Origin: Dictyostelium discoideum
Lineage: Eukaryota
DNA: 64,000 bases
NCBI GenBank assembly: GCA_000004695.1
Contig: CM000150.2
Coordinates: 2,464,001-2,528,000, forward strand
Direction: 5' to 3'
Below, in pieces: positions 42,114 to 55,734 of this stretch; position 1 is the first letter of the stretch, and every line of letters begins with the position of its first letter. A program made the position numbers and the translations under genes. The notes under the pieces are model-generated. The model ran no database searches. It was not told where the DNA came from and saw nothing but the letters and a program-made list of their open reading frames with translations.

Positions 42114-44047
42114 ATGGTAAAATATAAAATAATAATATCATTTTTATTTTTTATTTTATATTGCAATTGTTTCACATTTGGTAGTTACACATTTGATACA
42201 AAAAATTGGTCAACAAATGGTACACTATCATCATGTGTTTTTTATGATTTTGTAAATAACGATTATTATGATTTAAGAGCTATTGTCCACAATGATCATC
42301 AAGGTCCTTACAAAGCAAGTTTTCCTGCCGAACTTCCTGGTGGAATTCAAACACCTTATACAATGTATTTTAATCCTTGTTTTAATGATAATGTGTGTCC
42401 AGGTGGTCTTTCAGTAGGTTGTATGAGTTATGTGCAAAATTCACAAAAAATTCTTAATTCCGTTGGTTCACTTTCAGAGCCACATTCTATAACATTAAAT
42501 TCAGAAGGTATTTCTATTGAATATCAATCAGCTCTTTTACCATCAACAACATGTGCCTCTAATGGTAACCGTAGAACTTTGGTTTTATTTATTACTTGTA
42601 TCCCAACCGAAACATTTAAAATTATTGGTACTTATAACAGAAGAGTATTATGTGAACATACAATTTATATATCTTCAAAATTAGTTTGTAAAGATAGAGG
42701 AATATTATTTAATCAAGGTCTATTTTATGATTTAACACCAATGAAATTGTAAGTTGTTAAATTCTTTTTTATATTTTTTTTTTATTTTAATTTTTTTTTT
42801 TTTTTGTTTTTAATAAAAAAAAAAAAAACCAAACACGAAATTTTTTGTTTTTAATAAAAATTAAAATATCTAACCACTTTTTTTTCAATTTTTTATTTTT
42901 TTCTTCCCACAGATTAGCAAGCACTTCACACCAAATTACCAACAGTGACCAAACACAAGATATTCTCTTTAATTTATTCGGAAATGTAAATAGATGTGGT
43001 ACTTTCGGTACATCAACATTAAGTTATCAATCATGTATTTTAACAGTTGCTAATAAAGTGATCGATTATAAACTAGATTCAAGATATGCAACATCACCAA
43101 AATCAGTTATGGTAGGATCTCTCAGTCAACCAAGAACAATTACATTTACAAATGATGTAATAACCATAATTTATAGTTCAACAACTGGTTTCACAGAATG
43201 CTCATCAAATGGTAACAAATATTCATCAAAGTATATTTTAATTTGTGATCCATTCACAGAATATTATGTAGATAAATTTACATTAGAATCACAATGTATT
43301 TATCAAATTAAGGTTTATACTAAATACGCATGTCCAACATTACGTTTATTCAAACAAACACAATATTATGACCTTTCACCATTGATGTTGTAAGTATTCA
43401 ATTTATTCTTGTATTTCTTCAAAACAGTTATTAATTATTAATAATAAAATAAATAATAGGGATTCAACAAGAAATTATACAACAAGTCATATTACAGACG
43501 GATATGAGTATAATATTGTATTCAATATTGGTAATAAAGCACAAATGTGTAGCGATGCATTTAATGATTATTATTTTGCTTGTCAATATGATCCACGTTA
43601 TAAAAGTTTTAATCCACTTGCAAAGGCAAGTTTAGGTCAAAGAGTAACATTTGATTTAAATCAAGTTAAATTCGAATATACTTCACCAATGTCAGGTTGT
43701 TTAAGAACTTTTATTATTGTTTTAACTTGTGATGAAAACCAACATTATCAATTAGTTTCAACTTTAGAATCTCCTGCATGTGTATATACAGTAACAATTG
43801 AAACTAAATATGTATGTGAATCAACAATTTATTACAATAGATTCGACTATACATATTATGATATTACTCCAATAAAAACGTAAGTTTTAAATTAAATTTG
43901 AAATTAAATTTAAATATAAATAATAATATTAATAATATTAATAATCTTTATTGTCAACAACTAAAATATTAATTTAATTAGAGAAAAAGATAGTCCAAAT
44001 AAAATAGATATTGTTGTTGGTGGATATCCATATAGAGTAAGTAAATT

Positions 44048-44100
<53 letters not shown>

Positions 44101-47100
44101 AACAAATATTTTTCTAATAGCTTTTTTATGGTATCGGTAATACTGTTGATTATTGCGGAGAACAAGTGGGATCAGTCCCTGGTGTAGATTATCAAGCTTG
44201 TCAATATCTCAGTGGTCTTGTTATTCAAGTCGGTAGTTTAAAAAATACATCAATGATTCTTAATAAGGATGGTATAAGTATATATCATACCTCACCATTC
44301 GATTTAACCAAAGTGTGCCAAAATACAAGATATCAAAGAGTAAACATTTTAAATATGGTATGTGATCCAACAGCAACAAATGTTGTGGTCAGCGCTACTG
44401 AGACTGCCAACAATTGGGCATGTGAATATACAATCGAAATTAAAACTAAATATGCATGTTCAATTAATTATGCACCAGTATTACCAGTTGTTGGAAATCC
44501 ATGTTTATACAGTTGTACACCACCAGGTGCTTTAAATCCAAAAGCTATAGTTAGTGTACTTTTAAATTTAGGTGTTTGTTTCTCAGAGATTAATAAATAT
44601 GGTACAGGTGCACAATCATTACTTAATATATTTAAAGATACTTGGGTTTCAAATCACAATGGGTATGATGATTGGATGGGTGGACAACTTTATTCACTAT
44701 TATTAACAGGTAAACCACAGTCAACAATTTCACCATATGTTATTTCAATTACACATGATAATTTATGTACATATGGTGCCGATGGGTTAAGTAAAGCAAA
44801 AAATTCAATCAATGATTTTCTTACTATTACAAATGATCTTCTTGAAATTTCAAATCGTGCAGTTAGTTTAACCGTTACCAAATATACATATTCAGATGGA
44901 GCAATTACATTATCAACACATAAACTTTTATCAACATCAACTGGAGGTCTTGCAATTATTAAATACAAAAATTTGCTATGCTACTATTCAATAGTCCCAA
45001 ATTTACAAACTTTAATTATTGGGAGTTATTTGCTTTCTTGCCCATATTATTCACTACCAACTATTACAGTGCACAGTTTAACACCATCAATAGGGAAAGT
45101 TGGAGATACTATCACAATTAATGGTCAAAATTTAGATACAGATATATATGATGTTTATTTCAACATTATTGATGACAACAGTAAAATTAAAGCAACAATA
45201 ACATCAAGAACCGTAAATTTTGTAAAAGTAATTGTTCCAAATGGTTTTGGTAATGCATTAGTCTACACTCAAAATATACTTAATCCAACTACCTCCGATA
45301 AACTTTCATTTTCATATCCATCACCAACGATTGTCAAAGTAATTAGTCAACCATTTAGTACAGGTATCATCAATAGATTCTTTGTTATTGGTCAAAACCA
45401 TCGTTCTTTAATAACCAATATTGTTATTAATCCATACATCGATAATATTGAAAAAGAAGCAATTTATTGTGAAATTGAAAAGTATTGTCCAAGTTCATCA
45501 AAAATTCCATCGATTTCAGGATCAGCAGTAGGTCATCCATGTATTGATTCAACAGTTTACTCTGAGAATTCCCAGTTTTTCGATTATTCCAAGTATGATG
45601 TTTTTGTTTGTATCAAATCATCATTAGGTGTTGGAAGTGGTATCATTAAATTCCCATCACAAACATTTACATTTGCATACTCTTATAAAGCACCTCTCTT
45701 ATATTTTGTACCACCTGGCATTCGTATTCCAACTGATGGTGGTAGTTTTCAATTGGATGGTAAAAACTTTCCGCCAACACAAGAAATCATTGATCTCGGT
45801 TTAAACACACCTGTAATCATTTGGAATAATGATAATTTTGTTACATTCAAAGGAACAAATCTTGCAAATACCAATATCAATTGGAAGAGTTCGAAATCGA
45901 TTTTATGTGTTGCACCACCTGGTTTCGGTGGACCATTCATCGTTACAGTAACTGTCGGTAAACAAGTGTCAAAGACTATATATCCAAGTGATTTAGATGA
46001 AAATCCAACAAATTATAATTTATATTATTATCCCCCAGCAGTTGTTGACATATCAGAAGTTTCAACTGATGGTGGTGAAGTTATAATAAAAGGTACAAAT
46101 TTTATTCCAGCCTCGCTTAAAGATCAAATTAATAATCAACCAATAATCGGTTCACCTCATTCAGTAGAGTTTAATAATGTTTTATCTTCATCATGGACAT
46201 GGATTGATTCAACACATGTAAAAGCCATCGTACAAAAAGGTATTGGTACAATCTCTACAATTGTAAATGTTGGTGGTCAAAGATCTGATTTAAATCCAAT
46301 TCCTGTAAATTTTTACAAAAGACCTGAACTAGATAATAAAAAATATGAAAACTTTGCAAATAGTGATATTTTAATAACTGGTTCTAATTTTATACCAGTT
46401 GGTGTTTCAGCAGGTTCATCAAGTTCTGTCAAAATCGGAGGTATTCCCTGTAACTCTGTAACATGGGTAGATTCAAAATCTGTTATTTGTAATGTGCCAA
46501 TTGGAACTGGTGATAATTTAAATATCCAAGTAACAGTTGGAGGTCAACAAACCGAATTAAATGATTATTTCTCATATTTAGGGCAATGCGATTTCCTCTG
46601 TAGCGATTTATCAAATTTAGTAAGTTTTTAAACATTTTAATTACAGAAAAAAAAAAAAAAACTAAAAAATACTAATTTATTATCATTTTTATCTCAAAGG
46701 AATTAGCAAAAGTTATTGGGGAAAATAAAAAAGATTTAAAGAGTACTCTTTTATTAACAGGTGTATGTTTAGAACAAATTGAGCAATATAATTTCACAGA
46801 TATTAATGATGAAATTGAATCAAGTTGGATTGAAAACTCAATTATTGATGATTGGACAAGTGGTAAATTCTATAACTATTTCAAATCATCAGAATCATAC
46901 TCAACAGTTAAAACACTTGCAAAATATATTACACCAAAGAATCCATGTATTTATGAAAATAAAAGAGTAAAGAATTCATTAGATTACCTTTTTGAAATCA
47001 ATTCAGATATTTTCCATTTAATTGAACTTTCAATTTCATCAAAAATCAGTTATCCAGATTCACCATATGAAACTTATTTCTATGAATCATCAAGCAACCC

Positions 47101-50100
47101 AGAGTATGGTCTTTCAATTATTACATTTGATTCAGCAATTTGTAGCTTTACAGAATCAACTATTCAAGACTATCAAAGTGGAAAAGTATTACAATCATGT
47201 TCAATCATTCCAATTATAAATCAAGTAATTAATCCAACAACAACACTTCAAGCACCATATCAATATTCACTTACAATAATTGGTAGATTATTTGATAGTT
47301 CAACTAGAATATTCTTATCAGGTTATGAATGTCCAATCATTGGTAATATCGCTACTAATCAAAATGATTATATTCAAACTCTTAGTTGTTCAGTACCACC
47401 AGAAATCGAATCATACTCGGCCTCTCAAATTACTTTTTACAATGATTATAGTGAAAATAATATATATAATTTCTTGTTTTATTTTAAAAAATCATTCTTT
47501 TTTAAATATCCAATTTCAACAGTAACTCAAATTCAATACCCATCAAGTGGTCCAATTCAAATGAATTCTGAAATTAAAGTAATTGGTTTTAATTTCTTCC
47601 CATATGGTATTACAAATCCAAGCATTCAAGTTTTTATTGATGATCTTGAATTAACTGATACTATATTTGGATTAACAAGCATAAATGGAGTTGATTCATT
47701 TTCATTTATTGCTTCTGGTTTAGGTTCTTTAAAGTAAGTGAAAAAAAAAAAATTAAAAAAAAAAATTTATAAATATTTATTAATATTTAAAAATATTTTT
47801 TTACAGTTTCATTCGATTATTTTATAGTAATAGTTTACCGATGTTTATAAACGATGATATTAATTTAGAATTCTCATTTGAAAGACCAATTATTAATAGT
47901 ATATTACCAACAAATGGAGATTACAATACAAAAGTTACAATTAATGGTAATAATTTTAGAAAAGGTCAATCAGTAAAAATTGGAGACATATTAGTAAATG
48001 ATATTGAATTCATTTCAAACCAAGAGATTATTGCTTCAGCACCATTTGGATTTATTAGTGGACTTGTAGTTGTTTATTCAGATGATCAATTCAGTTTAGA
48101 AGAAATATCATTTAGTTATACTTCACCAATTATAGACCAAGTTATTCTTTCAAATTATGAATCAAAATTAAACACAACAGGTACAAATTATTTCACAGTA
48201 ATAGGTAGAGGTTTAGGTACATACATTGCAGAACAAGTCGATATTATTATCAATCAAGAGTTTTATGCAAGTTGCGAATTCGATTTCTGTGAAAGTTTAG
48301 AAATTATTGAAGATATAGATATAAAAGATCAAGGAATTTGTCAATATTTAAAATATAATAAATATCAATATATCAATGAAAACTTTGATATATTAAATTG
48401 TATTTTAACCGATTCGATTGGTAAAGATAAATCAATCAGTATCAAAATTTCAGAATTCCAAAACCAAACTTTCACCTACTCTTATTATGAACCATGGATT
48501 GAAAAATTAACACAAAACTCTTCATCAGCAAACACTGATGGTGGTGAAGTTATCGTTATAAATGGTTACAACTTTTTACCATTCGAAAATTTAAGTCCAT
48601 ACTATGAAAACAATGAAACTATTGCACAATGGTTAAATCAATCAGAAATATTAATTGGTGAAAGCTATCTTTGTCAATCAATTAATTGGACCAATTCCTA
48701 TGAATTAAATTGTACAATCCCACCAGGAATTGGTGTTAATCATACAATCATTGTAAAAGTAGGCCTTCAATCATCAAATCATACTGATTATTTGTATTCT
48801 TACGATTCACCAAACCTTGATACAATCAATAACTCCACTGGAAATGAAACACATTACTATTCTTCAACAGATGGTAACAATGAAATTATAATAACAGGTT
48901 ATAACTTTATTCCAAAAGAGTTATCAGATCATTACAACCAGAATGAAAATAAAACCATAAATTCAATACTATTAGGTAAACAATATTGTAATGAAACTAT
49001 TTGGATTAATTCAACAACAGTCAAATGTAAACCAATAGCAGGTATCGGGTCAAATTACAAAATTATCATTAAAGTTGGTAATCAAGATTCAAACGAAACC
49101 GTTTACTTCTCATATGAGAAGCCAATTTTAGATTTAAAGAATTACACAGGTTCAACAAATGGTAATACTGAAATTACAATAACAGGTATCAACTTTATTC
49201 CAAAAGAATTAGCAGATAATAATAATTTCAATCAATCAGAGAACTATATAATGATTGGTGATAATAAATGTAACGAAACTATTTGGATCAACTCAACAAC
49301 AGTTAAATGTAAACCAATATCAGGTACTGGTATCAATCATAGAGTTATAATAACAGTTGGTAATCAAAACTCAAATGAAACGGTCTACTTTTCATATGAT
49401 AAACCAATTTTAGATATTAAAAACTATAGTAGTCCAACTGATGGCAATACTGAAATCACAATAACAGGTGAAAACTTTATTCCAAAAGAATTAGCAGAAA
49501 ATAATAATTTCAATCAATCAGAGAACTATATAATGATTGGTAATAATGAATGTAATGAAACTATTTGGATCAATTCAACAACAGTTAAATGTAAACCGTT
49601 AGCAGGTATCGGGTCAAATTACAAAATTTTCATTAAAGTTGGTAATCAAGATTCAAATGAAACCGTTTACTTCTCATATGAGATGCCAATTTTAGATTTA
49701 AAGAATTACACAGGTTCAACAAATGGTAATACTGAAATTACAATAACAGGTATCAACTTTATTCCAAAAGAATTAGCAGATAATAATAATTTCAATCAAT
49801 CAGAGAACTATATAATGATTGGTGATAATAAATGTAATGAAACTACTTGGATCAATTCAACAACAGTTAAATGTAAACCAATATCAGGTACTGGTATCAA
49901 TCATAAAGTTATCATAACAGTTGGTAATCAAAACTCAAATGAAACGGTCTACTTTTCATATGATAAACCAATTTTAGATATTAAAAACTATAGTAGTCCA
50001 ACTGATGGAAATACTGAAATCACAATTACAGGTGAAAACTTTATTGAAAATTATAATCAAGAAAAACATAATGAAAATGATAATTTCGTTAGAATTGGTG

Positions 50101-52856
50101 AAAATAAATGTAATGAAACAAAGTGGATAAATTCGACAACAATTAAATGTAAAATAATTCAAGGTATTGGTTTAGATTATAAAATAGTTGTAACAGTTGC
50201 CAATCAACAATCAAATGAAAATGTTTTCTTTTCATATGAAAAACCAATGATTGACAGTAAAACACTATTAGCATCAACCAGTGGCAGTGAAACTATTAAA
50301 ATTACAGGTACTAATTTCATTCCATCAACTTTAGTAGAACATTACAACAAAGAAGAAAATAAAGATAACTCAATAAATTCAGTTACTATCAATAACGAGT
50401 TTTGTAATGATATTACATGGATTAGCTCAACAGAACTAACATGTAAACCATTAGCAGGAGTTGGAACCAATCATACTATATTCATTTTGGTTGGAACTCA
50501 AAAATCAAATGAAGAAAACTCATTCTCATATAAACCTCCGAATATTGAAGAGTTTAAATACTACACAGCACCAACACATTCCAATAAAATTATTACTATA
50601 ACTGGTGAAAACTTTATTCCAATCGAATTATTATCAAAAGACAACAGCAATAGTTCAGTACTTATTGATAATATAAAATGTGAAGAAATCAAATGGATTG
50701 ATTCAACAAAAGTTTCATGTCAAGTTCCAGTAGGTCAAGGTAAAGATTTATCGATTAAAGTTAAAATTGAAAATCAAGAAACTGAAGAAAATCAACAATT
50801 TTCATATGATAAACCATTTATTCAATCAATCAATCCAAATAAAGGAAGATGTAATCAAGAAGTATTAATTACAATTCAAGGTGATAGTTTTGGAAAGAGT
50901 GATCAACTAATTAAAATTGGTAATAACGAATGTCAAGATATTCAATTCTATCCAAATCATACATTTACATGTAAAGTTCCAATCGTGGAGAATTCAATTG
51001 AATCCATTGTTTTATTAAATGTTGGCAATCAAGATTCAAACGATAACATTACATATAAATACTATGGACCACCAGAAATTAAAAGTATTGGTTTACCATC
51101 ATATCTTTCATTCAAAGGTGATGATTTAATTACAATCATTGGTAATAACTTTATAGAATATGATGATGGATCTGATGAAATTGTTAAATTTAATAATGAA
51201 CCAACAACTATCATTGAAAACACAGAAACATACATTAAAATTAAAACTCTTAGTGGTGATGAATTTAATGTACCAATTGCTGTAGAATTAAATGGTCAAA
51301 TAAGTAATACAGATACTTCATTCGTTTACTCAAATCCAATAATTGAAAGTGTAACACCATCATCAAGTAGCTCAAAATCAAATACTAATATCATCATTAA
51401 AGGACATAATCTTGGGTATTTAACAAACACTCCCAAAATTACAATTGGAAGTAGTAATTGTTTAAATATCAAAACTATATCTCCAAATGAAATTCATTGC
51501 ATCGTTATGAAATCAAGCGCAGGCACTAAACAATTAACATTAACCTATGAAAGTTATCAACCAACCTATTCACAATTCACTCACAAAAACGATGATGACA
51601 GTGATAGCCACGATGATGATGATGATGACCATAAAAACAATAATGGACCAAAAAACACCATATTAAGTATTCTTGGAGGTATAATTGGAGCAGCAGCATC
51701 AGCAGCCGTAAGTGGATTTATAACAAGCATTTTCGGTGGTGCGACATCAGTAGCCACAGCAGCAGCAACAGCAACAGCAGCAGGTACTGCGGTAGCAGCA
51801 GCAACTACAGCGTCAACAGCAACAGCTATTGCCGGTGCAATTACCGAAGGTGTTGCAGTGGCCTTTACAGGGGTATCAGTAATAGCAGCAACAGCAGGTG
51901 GTGTTGTTATTACTTCAATTGTAACAGCAACAGCCATCCTTATTTCAGGTGGAAGTACACAATCACCAACTCCAACCATAGCTCCAACTATTTCACCAAC
52001 TCCAACGCCAACCGATAACTATTGGGTAAGATGTATGGTCGATTATTCAAGATTAACTTTACAAGTCGATAATCTTTACGGTCAAGATATAGTATGTATT
52101 GATGGTAATGGAATTTCATCAATTTTCAACGAATCATTCTCTTGTAAACCTGATCTTATTAACGATGGTATGATATGTGCTCAACAACATCAAGATGGAA
52201 CAAATTCAACAACCACATTTGGTAATTCAACATTAATTTGTCATATTGACTCAACAAAATCATGTGAAATTTCACCACCATTCATCATACCATCCGATCC
52301 AATTGAAGATGATGAATATTCAAATATTCTAGAATGTCAATATAATCTCATTGAAAATTCATTATCAACACACTCTAATAATAGTCCACTAAGATGTTAT
52401 AATAATGAAACTGAAAATTACTTCATTATGAATACTACACTTTCATGCTCAAAAGATGAATCATTAAGTCAAGATAAAGATACGATTTCTTGTTTAGCAG
52501 ATACAGATGACACTCAAATCTTTTTCTATAAGAACTCAATTACATGCATTACAGATTATCCATACTATAGATGTACAATGAAATCTCAACCATCACAAGA
52601 TGATAACATAATTCCAAAACCAACATTACCACCAATTCCATCAATTGATGATGATTCCACATGTATTTATGATTCAGCCAATTCATATTCAATAGATCTC
52701 CAACTAACGACTGGAACTAATGCTAAATGTCCAAAAAATGAAAAAGAACTTCGTTATGATCTTTCAACTTCTCTAACATGCACTGATTATATCACACTTA
52801 AAAACTCCACTTATTCAATTTCATATTCAAATTACATTTGCATTAAAACAAAATAA
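42114..52856 (+). CDS. Giant secreted or membrane protein (~3,390 aa): signal peptide, ~5 MRH/CI-MPR-like Cys repeats, >=15 IPT/TIG repeats, a Gly/Ala/Thr/Val-rich hydrophobic segment, and a C-terminal Cys-rich domain. Model: join(42114..42748,42913..43389,43460..43879,43982..44036,44121..46619,46700..47733,47807..52856)
   Basis: All six donors are GTAAGT. The acceptors are CCCACAG, AATAG, ATTAG, CTAATAG, TCAAAG and TTTACAG, and the phases check out (635+477+420+55+2499+1034+5050 = 10170 nt). The N-terminus MVKYKIIISFLFFILYCNCF is a signal peptide. Exons 1-3 and 5 each code ~150-aa modules ending C-x-Y-x-[IV]-x-[IV]-x-TKY[AV]C followed by YYD[LI][ST]P. That is the same motif order as cation-independent mannose-6-phosphate receptor (CI-MPR) repeats, C.Y.F.W.T..AC then [YF]DLSPL. 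Exons 5-7 code repeated TDGG...I.G.NFIP...C....W.....VKC....G.G......V.VG.Q.S modules (IPT/TIG-like). A segment ILSILGGIIGAAASAAVSGFITSIFGGATSVATAAATATAAGTAVAAATTASTATAIAGAI...VVITSIVTATAILISGG sits at 51660-51960. This is followed by a Thr/Pro linker and a ~290-aa Cys-rich C-terminus. Confidence 0.75.
48990..50040 (+). repeat. Near-identical tandem repeats inside exon 7 (two alternating ~270-bp TIG modules, A-B-A'-B')
   Basis: ...ITGYNFIPKELSDHYNQNENKTINSILLGKQYCNETIWINSTTVKCKPIAGIGSNYKIIIKVGNQDSNETVYFSYEKPILDLKNYTGSTNGNTEITITGINFIPKELADNNNFNQSENYIMIGDNKCNETIWINSTTVKCKPISGTGINHRVIITVGNQNSNETVYFSYDKPILDIKNYSSPTDGNTEITITGENFIPKELAENNNF... repeats almost verbatim, at above 95% nucleotide identity. 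Confidence 0.8.
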
Positions 52857-53194
52857 AAACAATTAAAAAATTTTAAAAAACAAAATGATATAATAATTTA
52901 ATGAAATAATTTAATTACTATTTTTACTATTTTTTTTATTTTCAAAAAACTGTAATTAAATTATTTCATTAAATCATTATGTCACACCACCCAAAATTCA
53001 ATTCTGAAAACTTTTTTTATTTAATTACCCTTAAGAAAAAATTAAATGTGAAAATAAATGTTATATTTATTTTAGTTTTGTTTTTTTTTTTAAATTATCA
53101 TTAATAATAATGATGCACCATTTGGTATTATCTAATTTTGAAAACTAAAAAAAAAAAAATTTATTTTTGGAATTAGTTAAATTTAAAAAAAAAT

Positions 53195-55300
53195 TTAAAT
53201 TAAAATATAATTAATACTTACACCTTTGGTATATTCACCCAAAACTTTTGTAAATTCCTTAATGGAATTGATGTTTTGTAGATCACCATGTCTATTTTCA
53301 GTTAAGAGAATACAATAGATAAGATGATCTTGGCAATCTGGATGATATTTAATGATTTTTGAGTCTGTATCACTTGGAAAAGCTTTACATATTTTTTTAT
53401 TAATTTCATTATAATCCTTATGACCTTTTTCGCTATCACTTTGATCGCCTTCGATTTTATTTGGGAATTTAAATGGTACTAAATCATTGATTTCAACTTC
53501 TTTCAATTGAATGATGTTTTTATTTTTAATAAATTTCAATTTTTCATAAAGTTCTTTTACTAAATCAATATTTTTTAAATCGATATATATCTTATCTGGG
53601 AAAGGTGTGAGTATTGATGTTGGTTCGATAATGGTATTTTGTGTTAGAGCAGTTACCTTTTTATTATCTCTTGATGAGGTAAGTGTAAATGTTGATTCAA
53701 CATAGATATCTTTAAACAATTGGTAAGATTTGGATTTTTCAAAGCTACAAGTGACATCATCATTATCACATAAAATAATTTCCCCATTGATTGATGGAAA
53801 CACATTGAAATCGAATAACTCTGATTTGTATATATTTTGATCCTTAAGTTGGGTTAATAGTGGAATATAAACATTGTCATAACCATAGTTATATTCATTT
53901 GAAAATAATTTATCTTCATCTTTTTCATTATTGTAAACGATATTAAATGGATTCAAATGATAGTATTTTTCATCATCTCCATAACCTTTTACCTTGGTTT
54001 CAAAGTTTAGCTTTCTGTTACCTAAAACATTAGATCATTTGGATATTTTTCTATTAATTCGTTTAAATTCAACTTTTGACCTGCAATGCTATTTAATCTT
54101 AAAGAAGCTTTTCTAAGATATTGACCATCCTCTGGGTGTCTAATTATACCAACTCTTCTGTAAAAGTATTCAGAAAGATATTTCATTTCGTCACTGCAAA
54201 AAGAACCACCTCCACGTGCCTCTTGCCTTCCATGCCAATTTAAATCACCAAAGCAAATAGTCCCACCACCGCCACCGCTATATGCTTTATCCATATAATT
54301 GATTTGATAAGACATTTTTGAATGGTCACTTCCTGAATCAGAGCTAATAACTGTTGACCAAGGTGTTTCGAATCTGTAAGAAAGATATATTGATACAACT
54401 GCTGGAGACATTTCATTTTTTCCTTTTTCCATCTTTGTTTGAGTATGGACCATTGTTTTAAAATTATTACCATTTTTAAAACTATAGATGTAATGCCAAA
54501 GTATAAAAAATTTAATTTTTTCCTTGTGAGTATTTTCAATTTTATCACTATACTCTTTATAAAGGTGTGTATTTGTTGTTTGAATGAAGTAATCCCCTTT
54601 ATTTTTACTCTCATAAATTTTATTATAGTGAACATTTGTTTCATGAGCTGTATCTGATGATGTAATATTTTTGTTTAGAATTAAATCTGCCTATTTTAAG
54701 AATGTAAGTTTGATGATTTATTAACACAAATTTATAATTAAAATTACTTACCAATTGTGACCATTTATTTAAATAAATAATTCCATCCCATATATCAGGA
54801 TCAACTTTATTCTTTTTTTTAACAAAAATATTATCACTCATTAGATCATCCAATTCTTTAAAAGTTTTGGGAATTTTTGTTTCTAAAATTGAACTATCAA
54901 TTTTTTCCAACTTAATGACTCCTGAGCTTATCTTTTCAACCTCTGTTTGAAGATTTTCGGAATAAGAATCGGCTGATGATACCTTTTTAACCTTTTTACC
55001 ATTTCCTGTTGAAACTGTATTAATGGTTTGAATATTTAAATTACTATAAATAATATACTTTGGAATAATATAAAGTTCTTCTTTTGACAAAGTTATACAA
55101 ATTGAATGTTGAGCATGTTGATGATTTAAAGTATTTTTATCGAAATTAAAAAGAGGTTCATATCCTGTTTCTGGAGATCTTGGAACACTGTGAATTACAT
55201 GAATTCCCCCATTTTCATTCCAAATGAAAAATCCTTTTGCATGTGCCTTTTTTAAATAAATAAATTAAAAAAAAAAAATATGTTAACAAATAATGATAAC

Positions 55301-55337
<37 letters not shown>

Positions 55338-55734
55338 AATAATAAACACAAACACTATCTTCACCACTACTGAGCTGATCATTATAAGTCAAACTATTAT
55401 ATATAATTTTGTTGTCAGATTTATTTGGTAAACTCTGTTTGTATGTAGATGTAATAGGGTTTGGTTCTTTTGGATCTCTAATATTATAATTTGCAATTTC
55501 ATTTATCTCTGAACTTCCTCCTTTTAATGTGTTATCAGTATAAATAGCACCTTGACTGTGACTTAATTGTTCTAAAAACCACCATTCGACATTCTTTTCT
55601 ATTTTAACTCCATCCTCAAATACTTGACTATCCTTGTAAATATTTTTTGTTGTTATACATTTTGGAGGATCGTTACAATAAATAGGTGATATTAATACAA
55701 ATAAATATAAAAAAATAATATATTTATTTCTCAT
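53195..55734 (-). CDS. DNase II-like (acid deoxyribonuclease) paralog, copy B. Exons approx complement(join(54022..54690,54751..55246,~55350..55734)). The C-terminal extension ORF 53195..53956 is out of frame because of a 4-nt deletion relative to copy C
   Basis: The N-terminus MRNKYIIFLYLFVLISPIYC is a signal peptide. Exon 2 codes KKAHAKGFFIWNENGGIHVIHSVPRSPETGYEPLFNF (first DNase II HxK motif). Exon 3 codes ...SDSGSDHSKMSYQINYMDKAYSGGGGGTICFGDLNWHGRQEARGGGSFCSDE (second HxK and the RGGG..C motif) and then ends KYPNDLMF* at 54022. The paralog-conserved continuation (KLNFETKVKGYGDDEKYYHLNPFNIVYNNEKDEDKLFSNEYNYGYDNVY...SINYILI*) is in another frame; ccaaatgatctaatgttttagg here corresponds to ccacagcgtctaaaagaaattttagg in copy C. 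Intron donors are GTAAGT. Confidence 0.6.
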
